From a bacterium (lineage in GTDB: Bacteria; CALINM01), in the NCBI GenBank assembly GCA_041640455.1, contig JBEQAF010000007.1:1-28467 (forward strand): 28,467 nucleotides of DNA. The letters run 5' to 3'. Below the pieces are notes generated by a model that searched no databases, was not told the origin of the DNA, and was given only the letters and a program-made list of their open reading frames with translations. This document shows, one piece after another, positions 16,523-25,669 of the stretch. Position 1 is the first letter of the stretch; the number at the start of each line of letters is the position of its first letter. Made by a program: the position numbers and the translations under genes.

Positions 16523-18127
16523 TTATTTTTCCTTAAGATGGAAGATTGTTTCTGAATAAGCATTCTCTCTATCTTTTTCAACCCTATTAAGCACCGGCCG
16601 TTTAAACTGATTCACGATTTTCATTCCAGATAACTCTGCAATCTGAGGATATAAATTAAACTTATCATTAGCCACTAAAAAAACATCATAGTCATCTTTT
16701 AGATATTTTTTGCTATTAACTAAAACTTCAGAAATACCCTTAATATAAGATTCTCTCGCTTCTTTTCCCTGACCTTTTATTAAAGGACCTATCTCATAGT
16801 CATCCCTTCTTTCAAAACCAAACATTTCATAAGCATAGGCATGCTGTTCATGGTAATTAATAAGTCCCACATAAGGCGGACTTGAAAAAATGCCTTTTAT
16901 TTTTTGTTTAGCAATAATATTTGCAAAAGCTGGAGCAGCTTTTTTTATTTCCTCAAAAATATTTATTGTTCTACTGTCACCTGTTAAACAGATTTGAAAG
17001 GTGTCGGTTCTTAATCTGTCAAACTCTTTAAGCCGATTTAATGTATCAACCTTATAGGTATGCCACCAGCTTGAGATTGAAAAGATAGGTTTACAGATTT
17101 TTCCATGCTTTTTGCAGTAATAGGGAGTTGTAACTGGTTCCTTGAGTGTAGCTAAATCTGCATGGGTAGTTGCCCTGCAGGATCTTACAGTACGGCTTAA
17201 TATAAGCATCAATACTTTTTTAACATCCTCCTCCTTAATGTTTTTTACCCTTTCAGACATAAAATCAATCTCTTCTCTTACAGGATAAAGAAACCATTTA
17301 TCGATAAAACTATCATCTTTATCCTGTCTTACCTTTACGTCATATTTTTCAACTAATTCATTAAATATACGAATAAAATCTTTCTCTTTGCTGATTGCAT
17401 ATGGTTTTTCCTCAATTTCTCCTTTTGCAATTTTTGTCTTGTATTCCGGTGATGGAAAAAATTTAAGATTAAATTTTGTGAGCTCTGTCTGCAGGTGTTC
17501 ATCAAAAATAATACTTTTTCTGTTTCTCTGAAAGTCATTTAGTTCTATTGTAAGTTCTTCAATTTTTTCATTAATCAAGCTGAGATTATGTTTTCTTATC
17601 TTTACATTGGAAATTAAGGTATTGAAAGCAGATATATCTATTCCGATGGCATGTATTCCCAGTTCGTTTGCTTGAACCAGAGTGGTTCCGCTTCCACAAA
17701 AAGGATCAAGCACTATATCTTCTTTTTTAAAATAGACCTCTTTTTTAAATTCATCCGTATTATTATCAAGAAAATATTCAACTAACTGTGGTATAAATTT
17801 ACCTTTGTATGGGTGAATTCTATGAACATGTTTTGTTCTCTCTGATTCCTTATATTCGGCAAATGATAAATGCCAGTTCAGGTCTTCTCCCAAGATTTTT
17901 TTAAACTTTTCTTCTTTGTTATAGGAATCATAATAAGCCTTTAGCTCTTCTATATTTATCAACGGGCTTCCGTTATCTCCATATTTGTTTATTCGTCCGT
18001 ACTGTATTAGATAAGAAATATTAGAGGTGGTTATTTTTCTATTAAGATACTGAGATGCCCATTGACTGGCTTCTTTCAAACTAATTAGTTTTTTATGCAA
18101 ATTTTCAAATATAGCTAACTGCTTCAT
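16523..18127 (-). CDS. Amino (probably N4-cytosine) DNA methyltransferase, M.MjaII-like, with N-terminal HTH-like domain
   Basis: HPYKGKFIPQL, motif I DPFCGSGTT, catalytic SPPY near the C-terminus. N-terminal ISLKEASQWAS...NISYLIQYGRI is HTH-like. Confidence 0.88.
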   Translation of the reverse strand: MKQLAIFENLHKKLISLKEASQWASQYLNRKITTSNISYLIQYGRINKYGDNGSPLINIEELKAYYDSYNKEEKFKKILGEDLNWHLSFAEYKESERTKHVHRIHPYKGKFIPQLVEYFLDNNTDEFKKEVYFKKEDIVLDPFCGSGTTLVQANELGIHAIGIDISAFNTLISNVKIRKHNLSLINEKIEELTIELNDFQRNRKSIIFDEHLQTELTKFNLKFFPSPEYKTKIAKGEIEEKPYAISKEKDFIRIFNELVEKYDVKVRQDKDDSFIDKWFLYPVREEIDFMSERVKNIKEEDVKKVLMLILSRTVRSCRATTHADLATLKEPVTTPYYCKKHGKICKPIFSISSWWHTYKVDTLNRLKEFDRLRTDTFQICLTGDSRTINIFEEIKKAAPAFANIIAKQKIKGIFSSPPYVGLINYHEQHAYAYEMFGFERRDDYEIGPLIKGQGKEARESYIKGISEVLVNSKKYLKDDYDVFLVANDKFNLYPQIAELSGMKIVNQFKRPVLNRVEKDRENAYSETIFHLKEK

Positions 18128-18236
18128 TGTAAAAATATTATATTAAATTTTATTACCTATTTATATTTTTTTAATTTCCCTTAAAATGGTTTCAGGAGAC
18201 CGATGAGATCCTGGCATCAGATCGTGGTTATAGGAC

Positions 18237-18647
18237 CTACATTTTATTAAGTGTATCAGTATAATACGGTACTTCTTTGATATTTTGATTTTTTATAGAG
18301 AATACTCTGGTCACTGGTTCTTTATCTTTAAGTGAGATTATTACATACAAAAGGTCTTCGTAGAAAGCCATGGAAATGTCTTTTTCAGAAGGTTTTGCCG
18401 GTGTAGAGGGGTGGCTATGAAAAATTGCAAGTATCTTTAAATTTTTCTTTCTTAAATCTTTTGCAACCTGCAACTGCTCCTTTGGATTCATAAGAAAGCT
18501 TTCAGGACTTTTTGCTATGTTCTCCATGCAATAAATTTCGCTTATCGTATCATCTTTCCCGGCAAGGATGCCGCAAGCCTCGTCTGGAAGTTCTGATTTA
18601 CAATGATTAATCATCTTATCATAAATAACAGCTGGTATTTTAAGCAT
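18237..18647 (-). CDS. JAB/MPN (M67) metalloprotease, Mec/HcyD-like
   Basis: PDEACGIL and HSHP-x(5)-PSEKD JAMM motif; last gene of the sulfur operon. Confidence 0.92.
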   Translation of the reverse strand: MLKIPAVIYDKMINHCKSELPDEACGILAGKDDTISEIYCMENIAKSPESFLMNPKEQLQVAKDLRKKNLKILAIFHSHPSTPAKPSEKDISMAFYEDLLYVIISLKDKEPVTRVFSIKNQNIKEVPYYTDTLNKM

Positions 18648-18648
18648 C

Positions 18649-19458
18649 TTACTCCTCCCTTATATCCTCACAAACATACTGTTCGTAGTCCTGTAGTTCA
18701 AAAATCTCTCTATTTTCTCCACAGAGGGGGCATTTTTTATTTTTTCTAAACTCTATCACTCTAAATTCAGTGGCTAAAAGATCTACAAAAAGTAGTTTGC
18801 CTGTTAGCAGCTCTCCTGCTGAAAGTAAATATTTTATGGTTTCTGAAGCCTGAATCGTTCCCAGAAGTCCTGCCATAGCCCCAATTATCCCTGCTTCACT
18901 ACAGCTCGGTACCACGCCTTTTGGGGGAGGTGAGTTGAATATACATCTGTAACAGGTGCTACCAGGCACATAGGTCATAGTCTGTCCCTGAAATCTTAAT
19001 ATTCCACCATGTGAATAGGGCTTATTTTCAAAATAACAGGCATCATTGATAAGAAACTTGGCAGGGAAGTTATCGGTTCCATCTATTATGAAATCATAAT
19101 CTCTTATTATTTCCCTGATATTTTGTGAGTTAACCATTGTGTTGTAGGTAATAACCCTTACTTCAGGATTTATTTTTTCAATTTTTTCTTTAGCTGAAAT
19201 AACTTTTTCTTTCCCGATATCTGAAGTAGAATGGATAATCTGTCTTTGCAAATTTGTTATATCAACAAAATCTGCATCAACGATTCCCAGTGTTCCTACG
19301 CCAGCAGCAGCAAGATAATAGAGCGCAGGTGAGCCTAAACCACCTGCACCTATAACAAGTACTTTTGAACTGAGCAGCCTTTCCTGCCCTTTACCCCCAA
19401 CTTCTCTTAAGATAATCTGCCTTGAATATCTTTCAATTTGCTCATTATTAAGTTTCAT
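18649..19458 (-). CDS. moeB: MoeB/ThiF family sulfur-carrier adenylyltransferase (HcyF-like)
   Basis: ERYSRQI, GAGGLG, NLQRQI, DGTDNF, CYRC, PSCSEAG, CPLC; no rhodanese domain. Confidence 0.92.
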   Translation of the reverse strand: MKLNNEQIERYSRQIILREVGGKGQERLLSSKVLVIGAGGLGSPALYYLAAAGVGTLGIVDADFVDITNLQRQIIHSTSDIGKEKVISAKEKIEKINPEVRVITYNTMVNSQNIREIIRDYDFIIDGTDNFPAKFLINDACYFENKPYSHGGILRFQGQTMTYVPGSTCYRCIFNSPPPKGVVPSCSEAGIIGAMAGLLGTIQASETIKYLLSAGELLTGKLLFVDLLATEFRVIEFRKNKKCPLCGENREIFELQDYEQYVCEDIREE

Positions 19459-19529
19459 TGTCTTTTTTCACCTTGTTAAAAATTTTGTTGATAGCTTTAT
19501 TAGTAAACCTCTGAATAAATTTTTTTAAT

Positions 19530-19736
19530 CTATCCTCCGCCCATGTAGTATAAAAATTCTATAATGTCGCCATCTTTAATAGGGGTATTCGAAAAATTTT
19601 CTCTATCAACAATCTCGCCATTGTGCTCAGCTGTAACCATCTCAATCATCTTTACCTTTTTAATTTTAAGGAGATCTAACATAGTAATACTTTCTTTTTC
19701 GATAACCTCTTCTTTACCATTAATAATAACCTTCAT
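19530..19736 (-). CDS. thiS: ThiS/MoaD-family ubiquitin-like sulfur carrier (HcyS-like)
   Basis: 68 aa beta-grasp pattern with INGK, AEHNGEIV, DGDIIEFLYYMGGG at the C-terminus. Confidence 0.92.
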   Translation of the reverse strand: MKVIINGKEEVIEKESITMLDLLKIKKVKMIEMVTAEHNGEIVDRENFSNTPIKDGDIIEFLYYMGGG

Positions 19737-19777
19737 GAAACTACCTCCTAAATTTTTTGTGCCGCTAATTAATCATT

Positions 19778-20707
19778 TTAACTGAAAAGCTCTTCCAAAC
19801 TTAAATACCGCTCGCCCGCATCCGGGAGAATTGTAAGGATTGTTTTACCTTCATTTTCTTCCCTTTTTGCTACTACAGTAGCTGCGTAAAGGGCTGCGCC
19901 TGAAGAGATCCCACATAAAAGCCCTTCTTCAACTGCAAGTTTTCGAGACATATTATAGGCATTTAAGTCTGAAACTGTGATAACCTCATCAATAACGGAC
20001 AGGTCAAGAATTTTTGGTATGAACCCTGCACCAATACCCTGAATCATGTGGGGTCCTATTTTCCCTTCTGTTATAACTGGAGAGCCTTCTGGTTCTACAC
20101 CAACTGTTTTAAAATCTTTTTTTCTGGATTTTATCACTTTTGATATCCCGGTTATTGTGCCTCCAGTACCAATCCCGGCCACTAAAATATCTACTTCTCC
20201 TTCCGTATCTCTCCAGATCTCCTCAGCAGTTCCTTCTACATGAGATTGAGGATTAGCTTTGTTTTCAAACTGCTGTAGTATGACGGATTTGGGAAATTTA
20301 TCTTTTAGTTCATAAGCTTTTTTAATCGCCCCTTTCATGCCCTTGTGAGCTGGTGTTAAAATAATTTCAGCTCCATATGCTTTCAAAAGCTTTCTTCGTT
20401 CTATGCTCATCGTCTCAGGCATAGTAAGAATCAGTCTATACCCCTTATAGGCACAAACCATGGCAAGGGCTATTCCGGTATTCCCACTGGTAGGTTCAAT
20501 TATCACAGTGTTTTTATCGAGCAGCCCCTGTTTTTCAGCATCAAGTATCATATAAAGGGCTGGCCTGTCTTTTACAGAACCACCCGGGTTTCTTGATTCC
20601 AGTTTTCCTAAAAGTTTGACAGGCAGATCTTTCCCTATTTTGCTCAGTTTTACTATCGGTGTGTTGCCAATCAGTTGCAAAACATTTTCGTAAATTTTCA
20701 TAATCAC
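19778..20707 (-). CDS. cysK: Cysteine synthase A
   Basis: [14 protein letters not shown] (PLP lysine), [33 protein letters not shown]. Start is GTG 20707 or ATG 20701. Confidence 0.95.
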   Translation of the reverse strand: MIMKIYENVLQLIGNTPIVKLSKIGKDLPVKLLGKLESRNPGGSVKDRPALYMILDAEKQGLLDKNTVIIEPTSGNTGIALAMVCAYKGYRLILTMPETMSIERRKLLKAYGAEIILTPAHKGMKGAIKKAYELKDKFPKSVILQQFENKANPQSHVEGTAEEIWRDTEGEVDILVAGIGTGGTITGISKVIKSRKKDFKTVGVEPEGSPVITEGKIGPHMIQGIGAGFIPKILDLSVIDEVITVSDLNAYNMSRKLAVEEGLLCGISSGAALYAATVVAKREENEGKTILTILPDAGERYLSLEELFS

Positions 20708-21852
20708 TTACTGTAATAATATTCTTTTAATATGCAGGATACCTCTGTCCTGGTAAACTCAGTGGGTAGATCGAGCCCCTGACTTAGCATTTCTCTTACC
20801 TTGGTGCCCGAAAGTGTTAAGTGATCTGACAAATCATGGGGACAGGTTTTAGGCGATGCAAGGTTCCCACATTTTTTACAGTAAAACGAATTTTCAAATT
20901 TTAATACCTCGATCTCTAACTCTTCTTTTCCAAAGTTATCAAATATCTTCTGAGCATCGTAGGTACCATAATAATTTCCAACTCCTGCATGATCTCTGCC
21001 AATAATTATATGGGTACAACCGTAATTTTTACGGCAAATTGCGTGAAATATAGCCTCTTTTGGACCTGAATATCTCATATTGGCTGGAAAAACCGAAAAA
21101 ACAACCCTGTCTTTGGGAAAATAATTTTCTAACAAAACTTCGTAGCACTTCATCCTGACCTCTGCTGGAATGTCATCACTTTTTGTTTCTCCAACAAGAG
21201 GATGAACAAGAAGACCATCCATGATCTCCAGTGCGCATTTCTGCAGATATTCATGTGCTCTATGTATTGGATTTCTTGTTTGAAAGGCAACAACTGTTTT
21301 AAAATTCTTTTCTTTAAAAATTGCTCTCAATTGAGCTGGTGTTTTATAATACTTGCGAAAATATTCATTCATTTTTATTCTCAGGACTGTTATTTTTCCC
21401 CCAAGGAGCACATCTCCACGTTGATATAAATTTTTTACACCCGGATGATTCTCGTCATCGGTACCAAACACATTAAAAGCCTCTTTCCGCTTGTCTCCTA
21501 TATATTTCTCATCAAGATGTAACACTGCCAAAAAGTCATCATGGCTTACAAGGGCAATATCTTCCCCTTCTTTTAGTTCCTTTGCAACATCATAATCTAC
21601 ACCAATAACTATAGGAATGCTCCATATAAGCCCATTTTTGAGTCTTGTGTTTTCAATGACACTATAATAATCTTCCTTTCCCATAAAACCTTCCAATGGT
21701 GACATGGCACCATCTGCAATCATATTGATATCGTTTACAATAAAATTGCTAATCGCCACCTTTTTTAATTCAGGAAACTTTTTCTCCCAGTAGATCTTCT
21801 TCTCGTCTGCTGCTATTGTGTTTATTAACTTTCCTCCATGTGGTTTAATCAT
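20704..21852 (-). CDS. sat: Sulfate adenylyltransferase
   Basis: [31 protein letters not shown], CxxC...CPH zinc site, SGTKVR. Confidence 0.97.
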   Translation of the reverse strand: MIKPHGGKLINTIAADEKKIYWEKKFPELKKVAISNFIVNDINMIADGAMSPLEGFMGKEDYYSVIENTRLKNGLIWSIPIVIGVDYDVAKELKEGEDIALVSHDDFLAVLHLDEKYIGDKRKEAFNVFGTDDENHPGVKNLYQRGDVLLGGKITVLRIKMNEYFRKYYKTPAQLRAIFKEKNFKTVVAFQTRNPIHRAHEYLQKCALEIMDGLLVHPLVGETKSDDIPAEVRMKCYEVLLENYFPKDRVVFSVFPANMRYSGPKEAIFHAICRKNYGCTHIIIGRDHAGVGNYYGTYDAQKIFDNFGKEELEIEVLKFENSFYCKKCGNLASPKTCPHDLSDHLTLSGTKVREMLSQGLDLPTEFTRTEVSCILKEYYYSK

Positions 21853-21878
21853 TTTTTTTCTCCTATATCTATTTCTGA

Positions 21879-22895
21879 TTAAATTTCGTAAATAGTAGCT
21901 GTTCTTTTCTGTATATAAACTTCATAGTCAGTTTTATTTATTCTTATTAATTCAAGAACTTTGTGCCCCTCACATTCTATTGATCTGGATAGTTCTTCAA
22001 CGGATTGTTCACTGCTAGTGATAACTTTTAAAACCTGACCTATGCTTAGCTTTTCCAGGACATAACTGATCTTTGAAGAAATCTCAGATTTTGCAAAGCC
22101 TCTTATATCTAATTCTTTATCAACCTTAATATCTTCTATAATCTTACCAGCAAGATAGCTTTTGGTCTTCATGTATTTTGGATTTTCAAATATCTGATTT
22201 GCTGGTCCATACTCAATTAGATTTCCCTGATAGAGAAAAATTAAATAATCGGCAATTCTTTTTGCCTGCTCAAGGCTATGAGTCACCAGTATGATCGTAT
22301 ATCTTTTTTTAAGTTCTAAAAATTTTTCTTCTATCCATTTTGCTGATACTGGGTCAAGAGCAGAAGTGGGCTCATCTGCAAGAATTATTTCTGGTTCCAC
22401 TGCAAGTCCTCGAGCTAAACAAAGTCTTTGCTGTTGCCCAATGGATAGTTTTAATGCAGAACTATTAAGTCTATTCTTTACCTCGCTCCATAGTCCAACC
22501 TCTTTTAAATATTGCTCCACTATTTCATCTAAGTTTTTTTTGTTTTTTATACCATGGATTCTGGGGCCATATGCCACATTTTCATAAATAGCCATGGGCA
22601 AAACCTGTGGCTTTTGAGAAAGTAATCCCATTTTTTTTCTTAAATTAATTATTTCTACATTGTGACCATAAATATCATCATCATCTACATAAATATTACC
22701 TTCTATTTTCACATTATCCTGAAGCTCAATAAGACGATTTAGTGTCTTTAAAAGTGTTGTTTTTCCGCATCCTGAAGGACCAATAATGGCTGTAATTTTT
22801 TTTCCAGGTATCTTAACAGAAATATTGTTCAAAGATTTGTGATTTTGATACCATACATTCAGATCTTTTATCTCTATATGAGCTTTAAAATCCAT
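21879..22895 (-). CDS. pstB: PstB-like ABC ATPase fused to a C-terminal TusA/SirA-like domain
   Basis: GPSGCGKT, IYENVAYGPRIHG, LSIGQQQRLCLAR, ADEPTSALDP, VTH, followed by about 80 extra aa (ELDIRG...GQVLKVIT...EGHKVL...YEVYIQK). Start at ATG 22895 (GGGG upstream). Confidence 0.88.
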   Translation of the reverse strand: MDFKAHIEIKDLNVWYQNHKSLNNISVKIPGKKITAIIGPSGCGKTTLLKTLNRLIELQDNVKIEGNIYVDDDDIYGHNVEIINLRKKMGLLSQKPQVLPMAIYENVAYGPRIHGIKNKKNLDEIVEQYLKEVGLWSEVKNRLNSSALKLSIGQQQRLCLARGLAVEPEIILADEPTSALDPVSAKWIEEKFLELKKRYTIILVTHSLEQAKRIADYLIFLYQGNLIEYGPANQIFENPKYMKTKSYLAGKIIEDIKVDKELDIRGFAKSEISSKISYVLEKLSIGQVLKVITSSEQSVEELSRSIECEGHKVLELIRINKTDYEVYIQKRTATIYEI

Positions 22896-22905
22896 ATACC
22901 AACCC

Positions 22906-23760
22906 CTATTTGCCCACAATATTTTTTTCAAATCTCTTAGACAAAACTCTTGATACCATACTTATTAGTAAGATTATAATTATTAACACAAAAGCTGATG
23001 CATATCCCCTCTCCTGAACTTCAGGAAAGGGTGTTGCCAGTTGGAAGAATATAGTTAATGGAAGAGTGGCAATGGGCTTAAATATGGAGTAGGGAATAGA
23101 ATCAGTAAAACCTGCTGTAAATAGAACAGCGGCAGCGTCTCCGATCCCTCTTCCAAAGGCTATCAAAATGGCTGTAGTTAATCCAGGTAATGCCTGTCTA
23201 AAAACTACAATAATGGCAGTTTCTAATTTAGTTGCTCCCAATGAAAGGGCAGCCTCTTTCAGTTCAAAGGGGATCTTTTTTAAAACCTCATCCAAGCTTC
23301 TTGTTATAACAGGAATAATAAGCAGTCCCACAGTAATGATACCAGCAAGTAAGGAAGCCTTTAATCCCAGTAAAATCATAACAGTGAACCCAAAGACTCC
23401 GTAAACTATGGATGGTATACCCCACAGGACATCAAGTAGAAACCGTACTCCAAGTGCAAAATTCGACTTTTTCTTTAGATAGAAATTTAGATATAAAACA
23501 ACAGGGATGGAAATAGTAAGGGCTAAAAATGTCGCACCTACCCCCAGAACAAGTGAGCCTAAAATAGCGTTTAATATGCCGCCTTCTTTTCCTATATAAT
23601 ACCCGCTTTCAGGTGTCTGTATTAGCATACTGAGATTTATTGACCTGAAACCTTTAAAAAAAATTGTCCCTAAAATGCAAATCAGGCTGACCACAATTAA
23701 AAATGTGGCTAAAATCATTAGAGTTTTAAAAATATTCTCTTCAATTTTTCTTTTATCCAT
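22906..23760 (-). CDS. pstA: PstA-like ABC permease
   Basis: GGILNAILGS, GIPSIVYGVFG, EAA loop ELKEAALSLGAT, GRGIGDAAA. Confidence 0.88.
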   Translation of the reverse strand: MDKRKIEENIFKTLMILATFLIVVSLICILGTIFFKGFRSINLSMLIQTPESGYYIGKEGGILNAILGSLVLGVGATFLALTISIPVVLYLNFYLKKKSNFALGVRFLLDVLWGIPSIVYGVFGFTVMILLGLKASLLAGIITVGLLIIPVITRSLDEVLKKIPFELKEAALSLGATKLETAIIVVFRQALPGLTTAILIAFGRGIGDAAAVLFTAGFTDSIPYSIFKPIATLPLTIFFQLATPFPEVQERGYASAFVLIIIILLISMVSRVLSKRFEKNIVGK

Positions 23761-23762
23761 AA

Positions 23763-24686
23763 TTATGGCTCTACCCGCTCTGAATGAATTAAAATTCCCC
23801 AGCCAATTATGTTAAAAATGGCCGTAATTAATAGTAAGATAAAGGCGGCTAAAAAGACTGCTGAATCGTATAAGGGTATTGACATCATCTCGCCATAGGT
23901 ATTGGCAATCAATGCTGATAATGGATAAGCTGTGTCAAAGATTGAGTTTGGAATTTCATTAAGGGCGCAACCTGCAACCATTAAAACAGCTATTGTTTCA
24001 CCAAAGGCACGGGATAACCCTAAAATTATGGCTGCAATAATGCCTGTCCAGGATTTTTTTAGCACTACATATTTTATTGTTTCCCATTTATTAGCACCCA
24101 AAGATAAGGATGCCTCTCTTATTTCAAGGGGAACAGTCTTCAGAACCTCATTAACTAAAGATATAATTAATGGGGATACCATAACTGCCAGAACTATACC
24201 TGCCGTGAGTGCAGAAAACCCCGTGTAATTGTTCGAAATAAACGGGAAAAAATTTAAATTATTACTAAATAAAGGCATAAAATAATCTCTTACAAATGGC
24301 ACAATGACAATTAACCCCCACACACCATAAATTACTGGAGAGATTCCCGCTAAAATATCAATTATTGTATTTAATGTTTCTCTTAATTTTTTTGGTGCAT
24401 ACTCTGAAAGATAAAGGGCAGTTAATATGGACACAGGAACCGCCATAGACATTGCTATAATCGTAACCCACAATGTCCCAGCAATAAAGCCTGCCAGACC
24501 GAAATTTCCCCTATAGGGATGCCAGACTAAAGAAAATAGTAATTCTCTAATACTTTTCATTTCCAGAATGGGTTCAGCTTTAATATATAAACCAGAGATC
24601 ATCATAATAGCTAAGCTAATAACCAGTATGCAAAAGCTAAACATTAATTTTTGTGTAAGAGTATCTTTAATTTTTCTTGATATCAT
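23763..24686 (-). CDS. pstC: PstC-like ABC permease
   Basis: WHP...FG...IAGTL, YLSEYAP, LAGISPVIYGVWG, REASLSLGANKWET, SRAFGETIAVLMVAG. TTG start. Confidence 0.88.
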   Translation of the reverse strand: MISRKIKDTLTQKLMFSFCILVISLAIMMISGLYIKAEPILEMKSIRELLFSLVWHPYRGNFGLAGFIAGTLWVTIIAMSMAVPVSILTALYLSEYAPKKLRETLNTIIDILAGISPVIYGVWGLIVIVPFVRDYFMPLFSNNLNFFPFISNNYTGFSALTAGIVLAVMVSPLIISLVNEVLKTVPLEIREASLSLGANKWETIKYVVLKKSWTGIIAAIILGLSRAFGETIAVLMVAGCALNEIPNSIFDTAYPLSALIANTYGEMMSIPLYDSAVFLAAFILLLITAIFNIIGWGILIHSERVEP

Positions 24687-24717
24687 CTTTTATCCTGGAC
24701 TTTTTATTCCCTGACAC

Positions 24718-25656
24718 TTACTCTAAACTTTTTAAAACCTGTTCTCTTTCCTTTTTGCCTAACGGAATTCCCAATCCTACTTTTTCAGCAATTTTTGTCC
24801 CTTCATCTGAGAGGGCAAACTTAATAAACTCCTTTGCAAGCCCTTCAGGCTTACCTTTAACAAAAAAATAGTTTTTTCTTATTGCTGGGTATCTTCCTGC
24901 ATAAACCGCTTTGAGGGCTTCCTTTCGTGAATTATAAATTTCATCTGAATCAACAAAACCATTCTCGTTTGAATCTATGGGGAGTAGTTTTATTCCCTTA
25001 ATCACCGTGCCTTCTCGAGTAAAAATAAAACTGAAATTTGAATACCCAATCCCTAAAGGATCTCTTCTAACAGCTTCCAGTATGCCAGGATCGCCATAAA
25101 TACCAACGCCTCTTAAATCTTCCTGTTTTTTTCTGTCAAGAAAATTTGCCCAGCTGGCTGCAGCACCACAGGAGTCAGACCTTGTGTAGACATGAATGGC
25201 TTTATTTAAATTACTGTCAATTAGCTGATCCCATCTTTTAATTTTTTTCTTTATATAAAGGTCAATTAAAGCCTGCTTTTTTATGCCTTTCTTTAAAATA
25301 TGCTTTATAGCAGGATTTTTTTCATTTATTACTGGAAAGACTGCGTCATCCAAAATATAAATAGGAAAAACACCTTTATGAATTTCTGCAGGATCTGGTT
25401 CACGAGACACCATTCCAATGTCTGCCAGTCCGGCTATAGCATCCGATGCACCTTTTCCTGCTCCACCTGCTGATATATCTATTTTTACGCCCGGATATTT
25501 CTTTTGAAAAGCTTCTGCCCATGCAACAGCTGTTGGATAAATAGCCCATGCGCCGGATAATGTTATATGGTTTTTGATATCTTTTACCTGACCAAATACA
25601 AAATTGGTGCTTATGCTAAACAGGATAATTAGCAGCAAATAATTTAATCTCATCAC
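24718..25656 (-). CDS. pstS: PstS-like periplasmic oxyanion-binding protein
   Basis: Signal peptide, SGAWAIYP...WAEAF, AGGAGKG, DIGMVSR, YTRSDSCGAA, GIGY, YP. PBP2 PstS-like pattern; ligand uncertain. Confidence 0.8.
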   Translation of the reverse strand: MMRLNYLLLIILFSISTNFVFGQVKDIKNHITLSGAWAIYPTAVAWAEAFQKKYPGVKIDISAGGAGKGASDAIAGLADIGMVSREPDPAEIHKGVFPIYILDDAVFPVINEKNPAIKHILKKGIKKQALIDLYIKKKIKRWDQLIDSNLNKAIHVYTRSDSCGAAASWANFLDRKKQEDLRGVGIYGDPGILEAVRRDPLGIGYSNFSFIFTREGTVIKGIKLLPIDSNENGFVDSDEIYNSRKEALKAVYAGRYPAIRKNYFFVKGKPEGLAKEFIKFALSDEGTKIAEKVGLGIPLGKKEREQVLKSLE

Positions 25657-25669
25657 GATGTTTCCCTTT

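Noticed and set aside
18188..18236. GC-richer intergenic stretch with CTGATG...GAAAC (minus strand) resembling a hammerhead ribozyme core
   Set aside because: The core reads CUGAUGC rather than CUGANGA, the CAGGA/UCCUG stem consumes the G of GAAA, and no stems I and III are evident. At most a weak hairpin.
16523..19736. Ubiquitin-like + E1-like + JAB genes beside an R-M system read as an antiphage conjugation system (Bil or CBASS Cap2/Cap3-like)
   Set aside because: No E2 or CD-NTase is present, and the three proteins are ordinary ThiS/MoeB/Mec types contiguous with cysK and sat.
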